Positions 25,679 to 37,503 of a stretch of 49,515 nt of DNA are shown one piece after another. This DNA is from Octopus bimaculoides. Lineage: Eukaryota. The position numbers were made by a program, and so were the translations under genes. The stretch is taken from the NCBI RefSeq assembly GCF_001194135.2, contig NC_068995.1, forward strand, positions 8,629,983 through 8,679,497. The letters run 5' to 3'. The stretch's first letter is position 1. Each line of letters begins with the position of its first letter. Under the pieces are notes generated by a model. The model was not told where the DNA came from, searched no databases, and saw only the letters and a list, made by a program, of their open reading frames with translations.

Positions 25679-26336
25679 GCATACATGCACACACACACAC
25701 ATATGCATACATGCACACACACATATATGTATGTATATGTACATCGACACAAATATGTATAAGCACGTAAAATCCTATACATCTACGTATATTCTCAGTC
25801 AAAATAGGAGCATAATTCAAAGATAGCTTATCTTACTTAAAAGTAAACTAAAAGAAAATATCGCCCAAAAGAAAAAAAAATATGAAAACATAAAAATCAT
25901 AAGAATGTATAAATGTAAAGTACAAATGTACAAACAGACAAAAGCATAAAACAATGTAAATTCTATGAACTCTTTCTCCATAAAGGTCACTCATGAGAAA
26001 TAACCGCCATGTTTTTCACCCATCCGAATTACATCTCATCTATATTATTCTTTCATTTAGAGATATTGTCTTATATTTCTATAAAGAAATATATATAAAA
26101 GCCAAACGAAAAAAATATACATATAAAAATGAATTTGAGAATACATATGGACAAATTTAGACACATACGCATACACATATGTTCGTGCGGCCATATTTAT
26201 ATGCACACACAGATAGAAACACGTGTTCGATTGTCTCGGAACAATGGAACACTAAGACACCACTGTTTTCATATGTATTTATGGATATATGAGTATATAT
26301 ATATACGATATATATATGTTTACACATGATATATAT

Positions 26337-26380
<44 letters not shown>

Positions 26381-26392
26381 CGCATGTATGTT

Positions 26393-26425
<33 letters not shown>

Positions 26426-26802
26426 GTGTAATGTATACGTACATATATATATATATATATATATACACACATTAAAGCTTGTATCTATACACACACTTTT
26501 ATACATACATTCGCACTTATATAAACATATTTCCTGGGCATGTATGCATATATGCTTATAGATGTGTGTATGTGTGTGTGTTTGCGTATTCTTAGCAGTG
26601 TGTGCTTATGTTAGTAATACAGAAAGTGGGTGGTTTATCTGGAAAAACTAAGAAAATATTTGGGTAAATTGAAACACTATTCTTTGAGAAAAATAACAAA
26701 CACTGCTCCAAAATAAACCCACCCCACCACACACAAATATACACATATAAATACACACATACAAGCATACTTAAATGTATACATGCATATTCACACACAC
26801 AC

Positions 26803-26843
<41 letters not shown>

Positions 26844-27173
26844 TAAACACAAACAGAGACTAATTACTACTTATACGCTGGTGAAATTTTCTCTATGAAT
26901 AAATATGATAACCCGTTTCAAAGTAAGGTCACAAAACCCGTTAACACACACATAAGATTGACATGTAGATGCGTAGATATATATGCATACACATTCACTC
27001 ACACACACACGTATATATATATAAATGTATGTGCATATATATATATTATATAACATGTCTCTCTGTCTATCTCTTTCTCTCTCTGTATGTATATATATAT
27101 ATATTTATATGCAGGGAGCAAGTGAGAGAGAGAGAGAGGACGGAGGGAGGGATAGAGTTGGTTTTGAATATAG

Positions 27174-27239
27174 ATAACAAATCTCATGGCTGGAATTTTG
27201 ATAACAAAGTTTGTAATTGTTATTTATTGAACTCTACGC
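27174..27239 (+). CDS. Candidate internal exon (phase 1-1, 66 nt)
   Basis: TTTTGAATATAG|AT..ACGC|GTAAGT. Reads (D)NKSHGWNFDNKVCNCYLLNST. Confidence 0.2.
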
Positions 27240-27509
27240 GTAAGTATTACATGTTTTTTACTGTTCCACTTGCAGATTTTATCTGTAAAAAGCACGTCAG
27301 TTTATCATTGGCTTTGCCTGAATAACTTAGCGTTTTACAAACTGTCAGTTCGATTTTTACTCATACTTACCATTGGTGCAGAGGAACAGCAGGTTTTGAA
27401 ACTCTTGTCCCTCAAATTTCTCTTTCTGTTCAACTTTGGAAAGAAACTTCACGTTGTTATGGTAGTGAACAGCGATAGTTATATACAATTTTTTCCTATT
27501 TCTTTGCCA

Positions 27510-27884
27510 GGTGTAGAAGTGCCTGTGTGGTTAGTAGCTTGATTACCAACCACATGATCCCTGGTTTAGTCCCACTGCGTGGCACCTTGGGCAAATATGT
27601 CCTAATATAGCCTCTGGCCGACCAAGGCCTTGTAAGCGGATTAGGTAGACGGAAACTGAAAAATCCTGTAATATGTGTGTGTTTGTGCTTATGTCTGTGT
27701 TTGTACCCCACCTCCAAAATCTCTTCACAAATGATACTGGTGTGAAATTAGCGGTTCGGCCAAACAAACCGATTGAGTAAGTACTAGACTTACAAAAAAT
27801 AAGTCCTGGGGTCGATTTCCTCGACTAAAGGCAGTGCTCTGTCACATGAATGAAACAAGTAAAACAAGCAATGAATAAAAGAAT
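27510..27884 (+). mobile_element. SINE family A, near full length
   Basis: Both halves and the internal TG-rich microsatellite are present. It matches the other five family A fragments in the window. Confidence 0.92.
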
Positions 27885-28535
27885 GAGAGAATAAATAACT
27901 TCATATCGTCTGATACACTTGGTTCGAAGTAGAAACCTTCGCAACAGTAGTGTCAGTATGGCCACGCTGGTTGTAAAAACATCATCTGATACAGCACAAA
28001 ACCCCTATGAACAACGGCAACATTGTTCAAGATATTGTAACGAACACATCACCGCCACCATCTAGCAAAAAAAGTATTGGTGGACCCCGTGTCCCAGAAA
28101 ATACTAGCAAATGTCTGAAATAATACATACCAGAGAAAACAAACATAGACAAGTACAATTTGGTCATTGTCAAATGCGTGGACCTACCGCTGCTCCTCTC
28201 AAACTAATTCTCTCCATTCCACATTTCCTAAAACATTAAGGAAGACTAAAGGAGTAAAGCATGGTGATACTTTCTCGTACGGGACTCAGAATTGAAAGGG
28301 AGATAAATGGGTGTTGCAGTTCTGGAGTTTGGTAGATCTTGCAACAAGAATGTAATAAACAGGAAAGGAAAAAAATTCCTCAATCCAAAACGAAAACATG
28401 GACATCGTAGACATAACATAAACAGTGACAACACCGATAACATTAACAAAAATACAAAAACAATATATATATATATATATATGCGTGTTTGTGTGTGTGC
28501 GTGCGTGTGTGTGCTTATTTGTATACATATCATAC

Positions 28536-28580
<45 letters not shown>

Positions 28581-29529
28581 NNNNNNNNNNNNNNNNNNNN
28601 NNNNNNNNNNNNNNNNNNNNNNNNNNNNNNNNNNNNNNNNNNNNNNNNNNNNNNNNNNNNNNNNNNNNNNNNNNNNNNNNNNNNNNNNNNNNNNNNNNNN
28701 NNNNNNNNNNNNNNNNNNNNNNNNNNNNNNNNNNNNNNNNNNNNNNNNNNNNNNNNNNNNNNNNNNNNNNNNNNNNNNNNNNNNNNNNNNNNNNNNNNNN
28801 NNNNNNNNNNNNNNNNNNNNNNNNNNNNNNNNNNNNNNNNNNNNNNNNNNNNNNNNNNNNNNNNNNNNNNNNNNNNNNNNNNNNNNNNNNNNNNNNNNNN
28901 NNNNNNNNNNNNNNNNNNNNNNNNNNNNNNNNNNNNNNNNNNNNNNNNNNNNNNNNNNNNNNNNNNNNNNNNNNNNNNNNNNNNNNNNNNNNNNNNNNNN
29001 NNNNNNNNNNNNNNNNNNNNNNNNNNNNNNNNNNNNNNNNNNNNNNNNNNNNNNNNNNNNNNNNNNNNNNNNNNNNNNNNNNNNNNNNNNNNNNNNNNNN
29101 NNNNNNNNNNNNNNNNNNNNNNNNNNNNNNNNNNNNNNNNNNNNNNNNNNNNNNNNNNNNNNNNNNNNNNNNNNNNNNNNNNNNNNNNNNNNNNNNNNNN
29201 NNNNNNNNNNNNNNNNNNNNNNNNNNNNNNNNNNNNNNNNNNNNNNNNNNNNNNNNNNNNNNNNNNNNNNNNNNNNNNNNNNNNNNNNNNNNNNNNNNNN
29301 NNNNNNNNNNNNNNNNNNNNNNNNNNNNNNNNNNNNNNNNNNNNNNNNNNNNNNNNNNNNNNNNNNNNNNNNNNNNNNNNNNNNNNNNNNNNNNNNNNNN
29401 NNNNNNNNNNNNNNNNNNNNNNNNNNNNNNNNNNNNNNNNNNNNNNNNNNNNNNNNNNNNNNNNNNNNNNNNNNNNNNNNNNNNNNNNNNNNNNNNNNNN
29501 NNNNNNNNNNNNNNNNNNNNNNNNNNNNN

Positions 29530-29579
<50 letters not shown>

Positions 29580-29792
29580 GTATGTCTCATAGAAACAAAC
29601 AATTAAATGTTACATATGACGTGTGGATTTCTTAACAGTGAGTGGTCGTGAATGACACGGAGAGGAATTTAAAATCTCCCTAATCCATGCATTACATCAG
29701 TAAGGCTGGTATGCCGTCTGATTTATTGTTCCTTTGCCCAATGTACTCATAGTATGAGTTGGCTCTATAAATGCCAAAATTGCATACCCAAC

Positions 29793-30100
29793 TGGCAGTT
29801 CATCGGTTACAACGACTATTATCTCAATTGATACAATCAAGGGAACAGCCTGCATCTCACATTAATGTGCAAGTGGCTGAGCACTCTACAGACACGCGTA
29901 CCCTTATATTCATTCTCAGGGAGATTCAGTGTTACGCAAGGTGTAAAAGTGATGTCCCTCTGAATTACAGTTACAACTCATTTTTGCCAGCTGAGTGGCC
30001 TGGAGTAACCTGGAATAAAGTGTCTCGTTCAAGGGCACAACGAACCGCCAGGAATCGACCTCACAAGCTTACGACTGTGAGCCGAATACCCTGACCATTA
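29793..30100 (-). mobile_element. SINE family C, full length
   Basis: Reverse complement is colinear with 11622-11935. Confidence 0.88.
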
Positions 30101-30237
30101 AGAGACGAGGTTTCATGATATCAGCAGTTTTTAGGTAGTCAATTATACCGATACTGGTTTTTGTTTGGTATTTACGTAATGATCTTGGGTCCTTATACTT
30201 CTGTCTGATGACAATCACTGAGACAATATTTTCATCT

Positions 30238-30370
30238 ATGACCGCCGAAGTAGACTTTGCCTTTCATTCTTTCGGGGTTGATAAATTAAGTACCAACTGC
30301 GTACTCGGATCGATCTAATCGACTGGGCCTCTGCCCAAAAATTTCGGGGTTTGTACCTAAAGTAGAAAAG
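30238..30370 (+). mobile_element. SINE family B, 5'-truncated, with 13 bp TSD
   Basis: AATATTTTCATCT at 30225-30237 and again at 30371-30383. The body matches 34120-34250. Confidence 0.92.
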
Positions 30371-31216
30371 AATATTTTCATCTTTGAATTCAATCGCATT
30401 GCTACTAGAGGCCTGAGAGATGCGCAAAATCTCCCGTACAAATCTAGTTCGTAAGACCGATGGTAATATATTTCCGGGAGGTACTGGACTATAATCGTAA
30501 ACTCTAGTAAAAACGGCTCTTCAGACTTGAATACAAAACGTTGATGAGCTTTTCAGACACTAGATCCGACCTTCTGTGTTATGCGAGAGGCTTACTGGAA
30601 ATGTTTCTTTGACGCAAGCCTAGACCGTGTGGCAATATGAATAACGTCAATTTATTCCATTACTCTTATATTATTTCCGTTAGCTACTCGCACAATTCCT
30701 ACAGCAGTAGTAATAGTACACGCAAACCTACGTCTGTGTCAGCGCTTCCATGAAGAACGTAATTTTTTCCTGGGTTATCTAATACAAAGAAATCAGATTT
30801 CTTCTAATCTCAACCATTCTTCCACTTCTATATCTGACGAATTTCATGTGTAGTATTTCATTTCCTTGCGTTTTATCTTCCTTTTATTACGAGTGGTTAT
30901 TTAACCTGTCGTTTGCATTTAAAAATAGCCACAAGCTGAATGAGGTACGAGTCTCTTTAATCGTAATAGGTTCAAAGGACGATCATATATATTCAAGCGA
31001 AGCGAAACATCCTTTAAATTCGAATTTAAAGAAAAAGAGTGAAAAGGACAAATAAACGGAGAGATCTTTCACTTAAAGACATTTAAAGTCAGACAATGAA
31101 TTGTACAAAACAGTATTTATTGAAAGCGATAATCTAAATTATAAGGAAAGTATGATGAACAGTTGCAGAACGAACAAATACACAAGAATTTGTTTCGTCA
31201 GCTTTGCCGTTCATAG

Positions 31217-31370
31217 GGAGTCAATGGATATGAGCCACCTCCAAAGAGAGCGAAATCTAGCGGGAGCGAAAGCACCTCCTTGCACAAGTATTTTAGCAAA
31301 GAATTTACAATGAAGGCGAAACGTATTCGATTTTTGAACAAAGTAGCGGATATTCTTCGATTTTGTTAAG
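31217..31370 (+). CDS. Candidate exon with NLS-like motif
   Basis: CTTTGCCGTTCATAG|G..AAG|GTGAGT. Reads GVNGYEPPPKRAKSSGSESTSLHKYFSKEFTMKAKRIRFLNKVADILRFC*, with the stop 1 nt before the donor. Confidence 0.28.
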
Positions 31371-31518
31371 GTGAGTTATTGTTAGCTACTGAGGACGGGA
31401 GGTAATGTATACGATATTGTCAGTCAATGCAGAACAGAGGGAACCGGGTTTTCTTTCATACTGATGATGAGGCGAGAAACTGTAGCAGGTATGACGTTTG
31501 AGACTGTAACAGGTATGA

Positions 31519-31705
31519 CGGTTCCCAAATTAGGCATGATATCAGCAAATTTTTAAGTAGTCAATTATATCAATCCCAGATTTTGGTTAGTACTTTCTTA
31601 GATTAGCCCCGGAGTCTTGAAAAGTACAGCTGCTCTCGGCAAGATTTGAACTTGGAATGTATACAGTCACAAGAAATATCACAGCTCATTTTGTTTGACA
31701 CACTG
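31519..31705 (-). mobile_element. Old family B-like SINE
   Basis: GGTTCCCAAATTAGGCA..CAGCAAATTT..AGTCAATTATATCAATCCCAG..CTCGGCAAGATTTGAACTTGGAATGT aligns loosely with the - strand copy at 11949-12131. Confidence 0.55.
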
Positions 31706-31860
31706 CTGACACTACAACCTTTATCATTATAATGAAATCTTGTTGTTGTTGTTGTCGTTGTTATTATCAACGTCATCTTCATTAACCTTAATGTTAAGCA
31801 AATTTACTTATGGCTGTGGTGTATATACAATGATATCAGTATACGTACGCGTGGCATTTA

Positions 31861-31861
31861 A

Positions 31862-31953
<92 letters not shown>

Positions 31954-32125
31954 CTCCGAAAAAAAAAATAGAACGGTGTTGCGAGTTCTCCGAGATTTGA
32001 TTTAGTAATGTCAAGTAATCTGTATTATTATTTTCCTCCTCCTCCTCATCACCATCACCATCACCATCACCACCACCACCACTAGTAGTACTAGTAGTAG
32101 TATCAGCAGCAGTACTACTGCTACA
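31861..32125. repeat. (CA)n at ~31862-31951 and compound (CCT)(CAT/CAC)(TAG)(CAG) at ~32031-32125
   Basis: Directly visible. Confidence 0.92.
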
Positions 32126-33516
32126 ACGAGATAATCATTATAATGATATTGGCAATATATATATATATATATAAACATATATGCATGTATATATAGGAAA
32201 ATATATGCGTACATAGATATGTAGATACATAGATACACATACGTATATAAGTATGTATTTAATAATAACATTTGAACTTTAATTGTAAGATATTTATGCG
32301 AAAGGATTCGATTATCGAAGACTTCATAATGAATGGTTATGATATTGCCATTTCAATGGAAGATAATTAGCCACCGTCATCCCTTCCTCTCCAATATCAC
32401 ATGCTAGACTATCCAGTTAATATGTTCGACCTCTTCACAATTTTCTTTCTTTCTTATTGTCGTTTCTACTGCTTACAATGTTTCCTGCCTTTTTTTGTTT
32501 TCGTATTTAACCTTTTCGCCGCTCCACCTTTCTTCGCCAAGGAAGGGCAGCCTATTTTCCTAGAGCAACAGAAGAAATGTGTCTTGAGAAGACTATAAAG
32601 CGTAAGGACAATTCTTTTCGTTTGCATTTATTTCTCGAAAGAAGACTTCATCCAAGAAGATGAATGTGCAGAAGTAGATGCTGCTATTCTGCGCAATTGA
32701 CGGTGGAGAGTAACGAAGTTTCATGCAAGTTCTCAGCGAACAGGCCACCCACAAAGTATTCACCTATCCACTAAAAAAATACTATTGGGAGAAGAGGATA
32801 ATCTATACCTAGAAGGACAGAATAACACCTAGTACCTTTGCTTGAGAATCTCACCTGGCTGAAAATCGTATAGTTTTACCTGGCTGGGGGATAGTATAAA
32901 TTTTTTAACTGGGAATTCTATGATTTCTGTTTTTAATCCATTTACCTGCTTGATTTCGCTTACACGCTATCAAAACCGTATACTGCCTACAGTTAGTCTT
33001 TGTGATATTACCCTTAAACCTGAAAATATTTATTAGTGTTTGGTGGCAAGTTGACAGAATCATTTCGGCGACTGACTAAACATCCTGCAGTATTTCTTTC
33101 CGCACATTACATTTTGATTTCAAATCCCACAGCTCTCAAATTTGCTCTTTGTTGTCCTAGCTTGAGGAAATTAAATGCCAGTCAAAGGCAAGGATTTGTA
33201 GGAAACGACTTAACCCGTCGCTTCGAAATTGCTGGCCTTGTTATATAAAACGTAAATCTTTCCACTCCTTTACGCAGAGCCTAAATTACAGTTTTTCTTT
33301 TTTTGTTACTGTTTCTATTCCTTGATATTAATATGCAGTGTTTCTCTTACTGAAAATACTATATTCACTTCCATACACTAGATCCTGCTTATTTCATTCT
33401 GAATAACCTTGTAGTTTAGCACATTTTTAACATGTTTCCAGGCGTTGTTTAGTCTTGGAAGAATTGAATTATCTATCCCGAATACAGAAATTTTCGTTCC
33501 AGTCATTGATAATTTT

Positions 33517-33778
33517 TTTGTTTCCTTTGGCCTCGTCGTCAGTCAGTATAGGAATATTCCGGATGAATGCATCTAGGCCATTGCTATGCATCGCAATTGG
33601 TACACAATATTTCTATGGTACTCCCTCTTAAGTCTCTTTACAACGAAAAGTCAGCATGCTGCTCTTTGAACATAACTGTTGACTCCATCGTGTCTAGCAA
33701 AATGATACAACTTGCATGCGTTCGATTACTGATAATCGAACTTATGCAGCCGGCAATGATGTGGCCAATTTTTTCTCC
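33517..33778 (-). pseudogene. Possible decayed C-terminal region (zinc knuckle to restriction-like endonuclease) of an R2/R4/NeSL-type non-LTR retrotransposon
   Basis: Manual translation gives GEKIGHIIAGC (33778-33746), resembling ETxxHIxxGC, and, across stops/frameshift, I(R)NIPILTDDEAKGNK (~33564-33517), resembling LWDxPIxTDxxIxxNRPD. The R codon is CGG, one substitution from TGG. The upstream CxxC is not recognisable. Confidence 0.4.
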
Positions 33779-34048
33779 CTGTAATGAGAACTGATGTTAA
33801 AGCTAAATACAAACTCAACTTCTGCAATATAATATAAAACGATTGTTCAAGTAATTTATATTTTGTAATAATTTCTGGGTCAGCACTGGTACGTACTACA
33901 GAACTAAAATTAAACCATCCTTTTCTGCTTCTCGCCGAAAGATCTAGAATCGTTCTTTACTTCCACTGACTTTCTTCTCTTCGTTTTTTCTTTGCTTCCA
34001 AAAAAATGTCTTTTTTTTCCTCTCCATTTTTTGTTTCATAATATTCTG

Positions 34049-34248
34049 ACGTTAGCAGGCCGGGGGAAATGCTTAGCAGTATTTCGCCTGTCTTTACGTT
34101 CTGAGTTCAAATTCTGCCGAGGTAACTTTGCCTTTCATTCTTTCGGGGTCGATAAACTAAGTACCAGTTGCGTACTGGGGTCGATCTAATCAACTGCCCT
34201 CACCACACATCCCCTAAAATTTCGGGCTTTGTGCCAAGAGTAGAAAAG
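34049..34248 (+). mobile_element. SINE family B, slightly 5'-truncated, with 9 bp TSD
   Basis: AATATTCTG at 34040-34048 and 34249-34257. B box GAGTTCAAATTC. Confidence 0.93.
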
Positions 34249-34884
34249 AATATTCTGGAATTCTCCCTTAGTCTCCTATTTTACATTTCTAATCATTCTA
34301 AAATTTGGTCCATGTCTAACCCCTTTTCTCTGTGTAATTGGGTTGTAGTTAATTCACTATTGTTTCAATGAGTATGCGATCGCTTTGAAATCTCTACGCA
34401 ATTTCCTGAATTTTCTTTCGAATTACTTTAATTCATTTAAGCTCCAATTTACTACATTAATGCTGCAGTTTATAACTGGGACAACTAAAGAATTTATGCA
34501 TATTAGTGTCATACTTAACGTATTGAGTTCACTTATAAAAATTCGTCTGACTTCTCGCTAATACTCTTTGCTAATTTTCTCCTTGGTTTCTGTGTCTTGT
34601 ATCTTATCAGTTTCATCTACTCTTAACCATTTCTATGGACGGTTCTGGTCTAATTCTCAGATTTCACTGTCGGTGTCATAATTAAACTTTCTCGGTTTTA
34701 ATTAATGTCTTTCTCTAATGGTAGCGCTGGAATTGCAGCTGTTGTTACTACTACTACTACTACTATTGCCGCTGCTGATGGCTCTATTCTTGTTGTTTTC
34801 TACTGATAATGACAATGGTCTTGATGCTGTAGAAATCAATGCTGCATATATTACTACTACTATTATTAATACTGGTTAAGGGAA

Positions 34885-35566
34885 GGCGGTGAGCTGGGAG
34901 AACCGTTAAGGCGCCGGACCAAGTGCCTCGCGGTATTTCGCACGTCACTACATTCTGAATTGAAATTCCGCAGAGATTGACTTTGCCTTTCATCCTTTTG
35001 GGGTCGATAAATTAAGTATCTGTTGCTTACCGGGGTCGATCCACAAAAACTTCGGGCCTCGTACTTAGAGCAGTAAAGATTATTATTATTATATAATGGC
35101 GGTGAGCTGGCAGAATCGTTAATACGCCGGACGACATGCTTAATAGTATTTCGCCTGTCGCTGCATTCTGAGTTCATATTCCGCCGAGGCCAATATTACC
35201 TTTCATCCTTTTGGGGTCGATAAAGTACCAGTTGAACACTGGGGTCGATGTAGTCGACTCATCCGCTCCACCAAACTTCCTTCCCTAGTGGCAGAATTCG
35301 AACCCATTATTATTATTATATCAAGACGGCGAGCTGGCAGAATCATTAGCACGTCCGGCGAAATGCTTAGCGGTATTTCATCTACCGCTACGTTCCGAGT
35401 TCAAATTCCACCGAAGTCGACTCTGCATTTCATCCTTTCGGGATCGATAAATTAAGTACAAGTGAAACACTGGGGTCGATGTAATTGACTAGTGCCCTCT
35501 CCCAAATTTCAGGCTTTGTGCCTATAGCAGAAAGGATTATCATTATTACTGGTTAAGACGGCGAGC
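34885..35566 (+). mobile_element. Head-to-tail array of family B: three copies plus a fourth head stub
   Basis: Copies at 34885-35092, 35098-35319 and 35325-35547. Each begins G(G/A)CGG(T/C)GAGCTGG and ends in (ATT)n. Stub ACGGCGAGC at 35558-35566. Confidence 0.93.
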
Positions 35567-35569
35567 AAG

Positions 35570-35660
35570 TGGTTTGAAATTGTGTAACGATGCCAGCAAT
35601 ATTACGTGGAACGAGTAAGTCAACCCCAAAATTCAGTTGGTACATATTTTATCTGTCACC
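35570..35660 (-). mobile_element. Family B-like 3' fragment, antisense to the array
   Basis: GGTTTGAAATT..GCCAGCAAT..AAGTCAACCCC..TTGGTAC.TATTTTATC parallels 11949-12035. Confidence 0.55.
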
Positions 35661-35894
35661 AAACCACTGGTTTCAATAATATTGTAGAATCACAATCCTT
35701 CGATGAAGTACCTTAATTTATTTCTCTTTACTTGTTATGGTTTGAAATCAAATCTTGCGTCCGTCAGCTTTTCCATTTCGTCATTCCCAGATCGATATAA
35801 TGAAATATCACTCATGCACTTGGATCGATAGTGTTGACTAACCTTTGCCCTGGAAATTGCTGACCTCCTATGTATATCAGAAACCCTTGTTATG

Positions 35895-36255
35895 ACTGGC
35901 AGAATGGACAAAGCGCCTTATTTATTCTGGGTCATAAGATCCCCAAGTTCAAAGCCGGCCGAGGTTAAGTTTATCTTTCATCCTTCGAGGACCGAATAAA
36001 CTAAAGTACCAATCAAGTGTATGTAATCGCCTGACACAACTGTAGGTCTTATACAACAATTAGAATTTATAGAACGTAAATTGGACAGACCATTTTTCGT
36101 TCAACGATCAAGTGTCGCCGAGGTCAAGACTGCTTTTCATACATCCGCAATCGGTAGCACAGTGAAACAGGCAACGTACTGGCGGCGATGTGGTCCACTG
36201 AACGCTATCGTCTCAAAACTACTGGCCTTGTGCGTGATTCGGAAACAATTATCAT
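35895..36255 (+). mobile_element. Two old family B copies (~35895-36050 and ~36113-36255)
   Basis: CTGGCAGAAT..AGTTCAAAGCCGGCCGAGGT..CTTTCATCCTTCG..AAAGTACCA, and GCCGAGGTCAA..CTTTTCAT..CTGGCCTTGTGCG..GGAAACAATTATC. Confidence 0.65.
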
Positions 36256-36264
36256 GTTTATCAT

Positions 36265-36365
36265 TATCATCAGCAGTAGTAGTAGTAGTAGTAGTGGCAG
36301 TATTCGTAGTGGTAGTAGTCGTAGCGGTCGTAGTGGTAGTACTCGTAGTAGTAGTAGTAGTAGCA
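36265..36365. repeat. Degenerate (AGT)/(CGT)/(AGC) trinucleotide repeat
   Basis: Directly visible. It is the source of the poly-Val, poly-Thr and poly-Ser ORFs. Confidence 0.9.
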
Positions 36366-36481
36366 GGAGCAGAAGCAACAGTACAGTGGCAGGAATTATA
36401 TTTGGAATAGATGGAATCACATACAGGCTGAACCAGACACAAACACACACCCAAACACACACACACACAGATACACACACC

Positions 36482-36515
<34 letters not shown>

Positions 36516-37220
36516 TACACACACCCAAACACAAACACACGGATACACACGCATCTATAGGTTACTACTGCCAAGTTTTCGCTTTATCTCCGCAATCACT
36601 AAGTTCTGGAATTTAGCTGTTATTTCATACATACACACAGAAAGACATACATACATATGTGCGTGCGTGTGTGCGTGTGTGTGTGCGTGTGTGCGTGTGC
36701 GTGTGTGTGTGAGTGTGAGCGTCTGTGTGTGTGTATACTTTCTATTAAGACGTTGATTTTGTTATGTGATGTTTGTCCTATAGTGTAACGCTGTCTTTCT
36801 TCGCACGGCTATCATTGCATGTCAGTTTTTGTAGTCACTACCATGCATTTACAGATCGACAAACAAATACACACACGCAGACACATACACATGTGCGCAC
36901 ATATGTGCATATATGCGTATTCACATGCAAATATATTTGTGTGTGTGTGTGTGTGTGTGTACAAATGATAGATGGAACGAGAGAGACAGCATAGATTTAG
37001 ATACTTGCGTACATACCTGTGTGTTTGTGCATATCTATTAATATGTGTATATATAAAATATATATTTACATGAATCATATATGCATACATATTACGTATA
37101 TATACATACATATTCATATATATATATATTTATATATATATAAAGTGTGTGTGTAAGTATATATGTATATTTGTATGAATTTGCACATATATTTAACTAT
37201 ATATATTACGTATGTATATA

Positions 37221-37243
37221 TATGTTGTATATGTTTGTTTGTT

Positions 37244-37289
<46 letters not shown>

Positions 37290-37325
37290 ATATGTTTGTT
37301 TGTTTGTATATATATATATATATGT
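37221..37325. repeat. Tandem duplication of TATGTTGTATATGTTTGTTTGTTTG-(TA)n
   Basis: The same 25-mer occurs at ~37221 and ~37283, each followed by (TA)n. Confidence 0.85.
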
Positions 37326-37464
37326 TTGTGTGTGTGTTTGCATCCGGGTGTGAGTAAGCATCCACTAGCTTTTAATTTCATATTTCAACCTTGTTTTAAA
37401 AGTGAACTAGTTGCATATTGTTTCAATCTGCAAATCTCCCGCCCCCTTGCCGCCTTCCTGCATT

Positions 37465-37503
<39 letters not shown>

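Noticed and set aside
28050-28125. Minus-strand ASIFWDTGST resembling mariner ASVFWD or an aspartic-protease DTG motif
   Set aside because: The flanking residues fit neither family and the frame closes within a few codons.
34885-35566. Regularly spaced ~220 bp repeats as a CRISPR array or tRNA gene cluster
   Set aside because: The units are diverged SINE copies with (ATT)n tails and dispersed homologues. There is no repeat-spacer structure, no cas genes and no complete cloverleaf.
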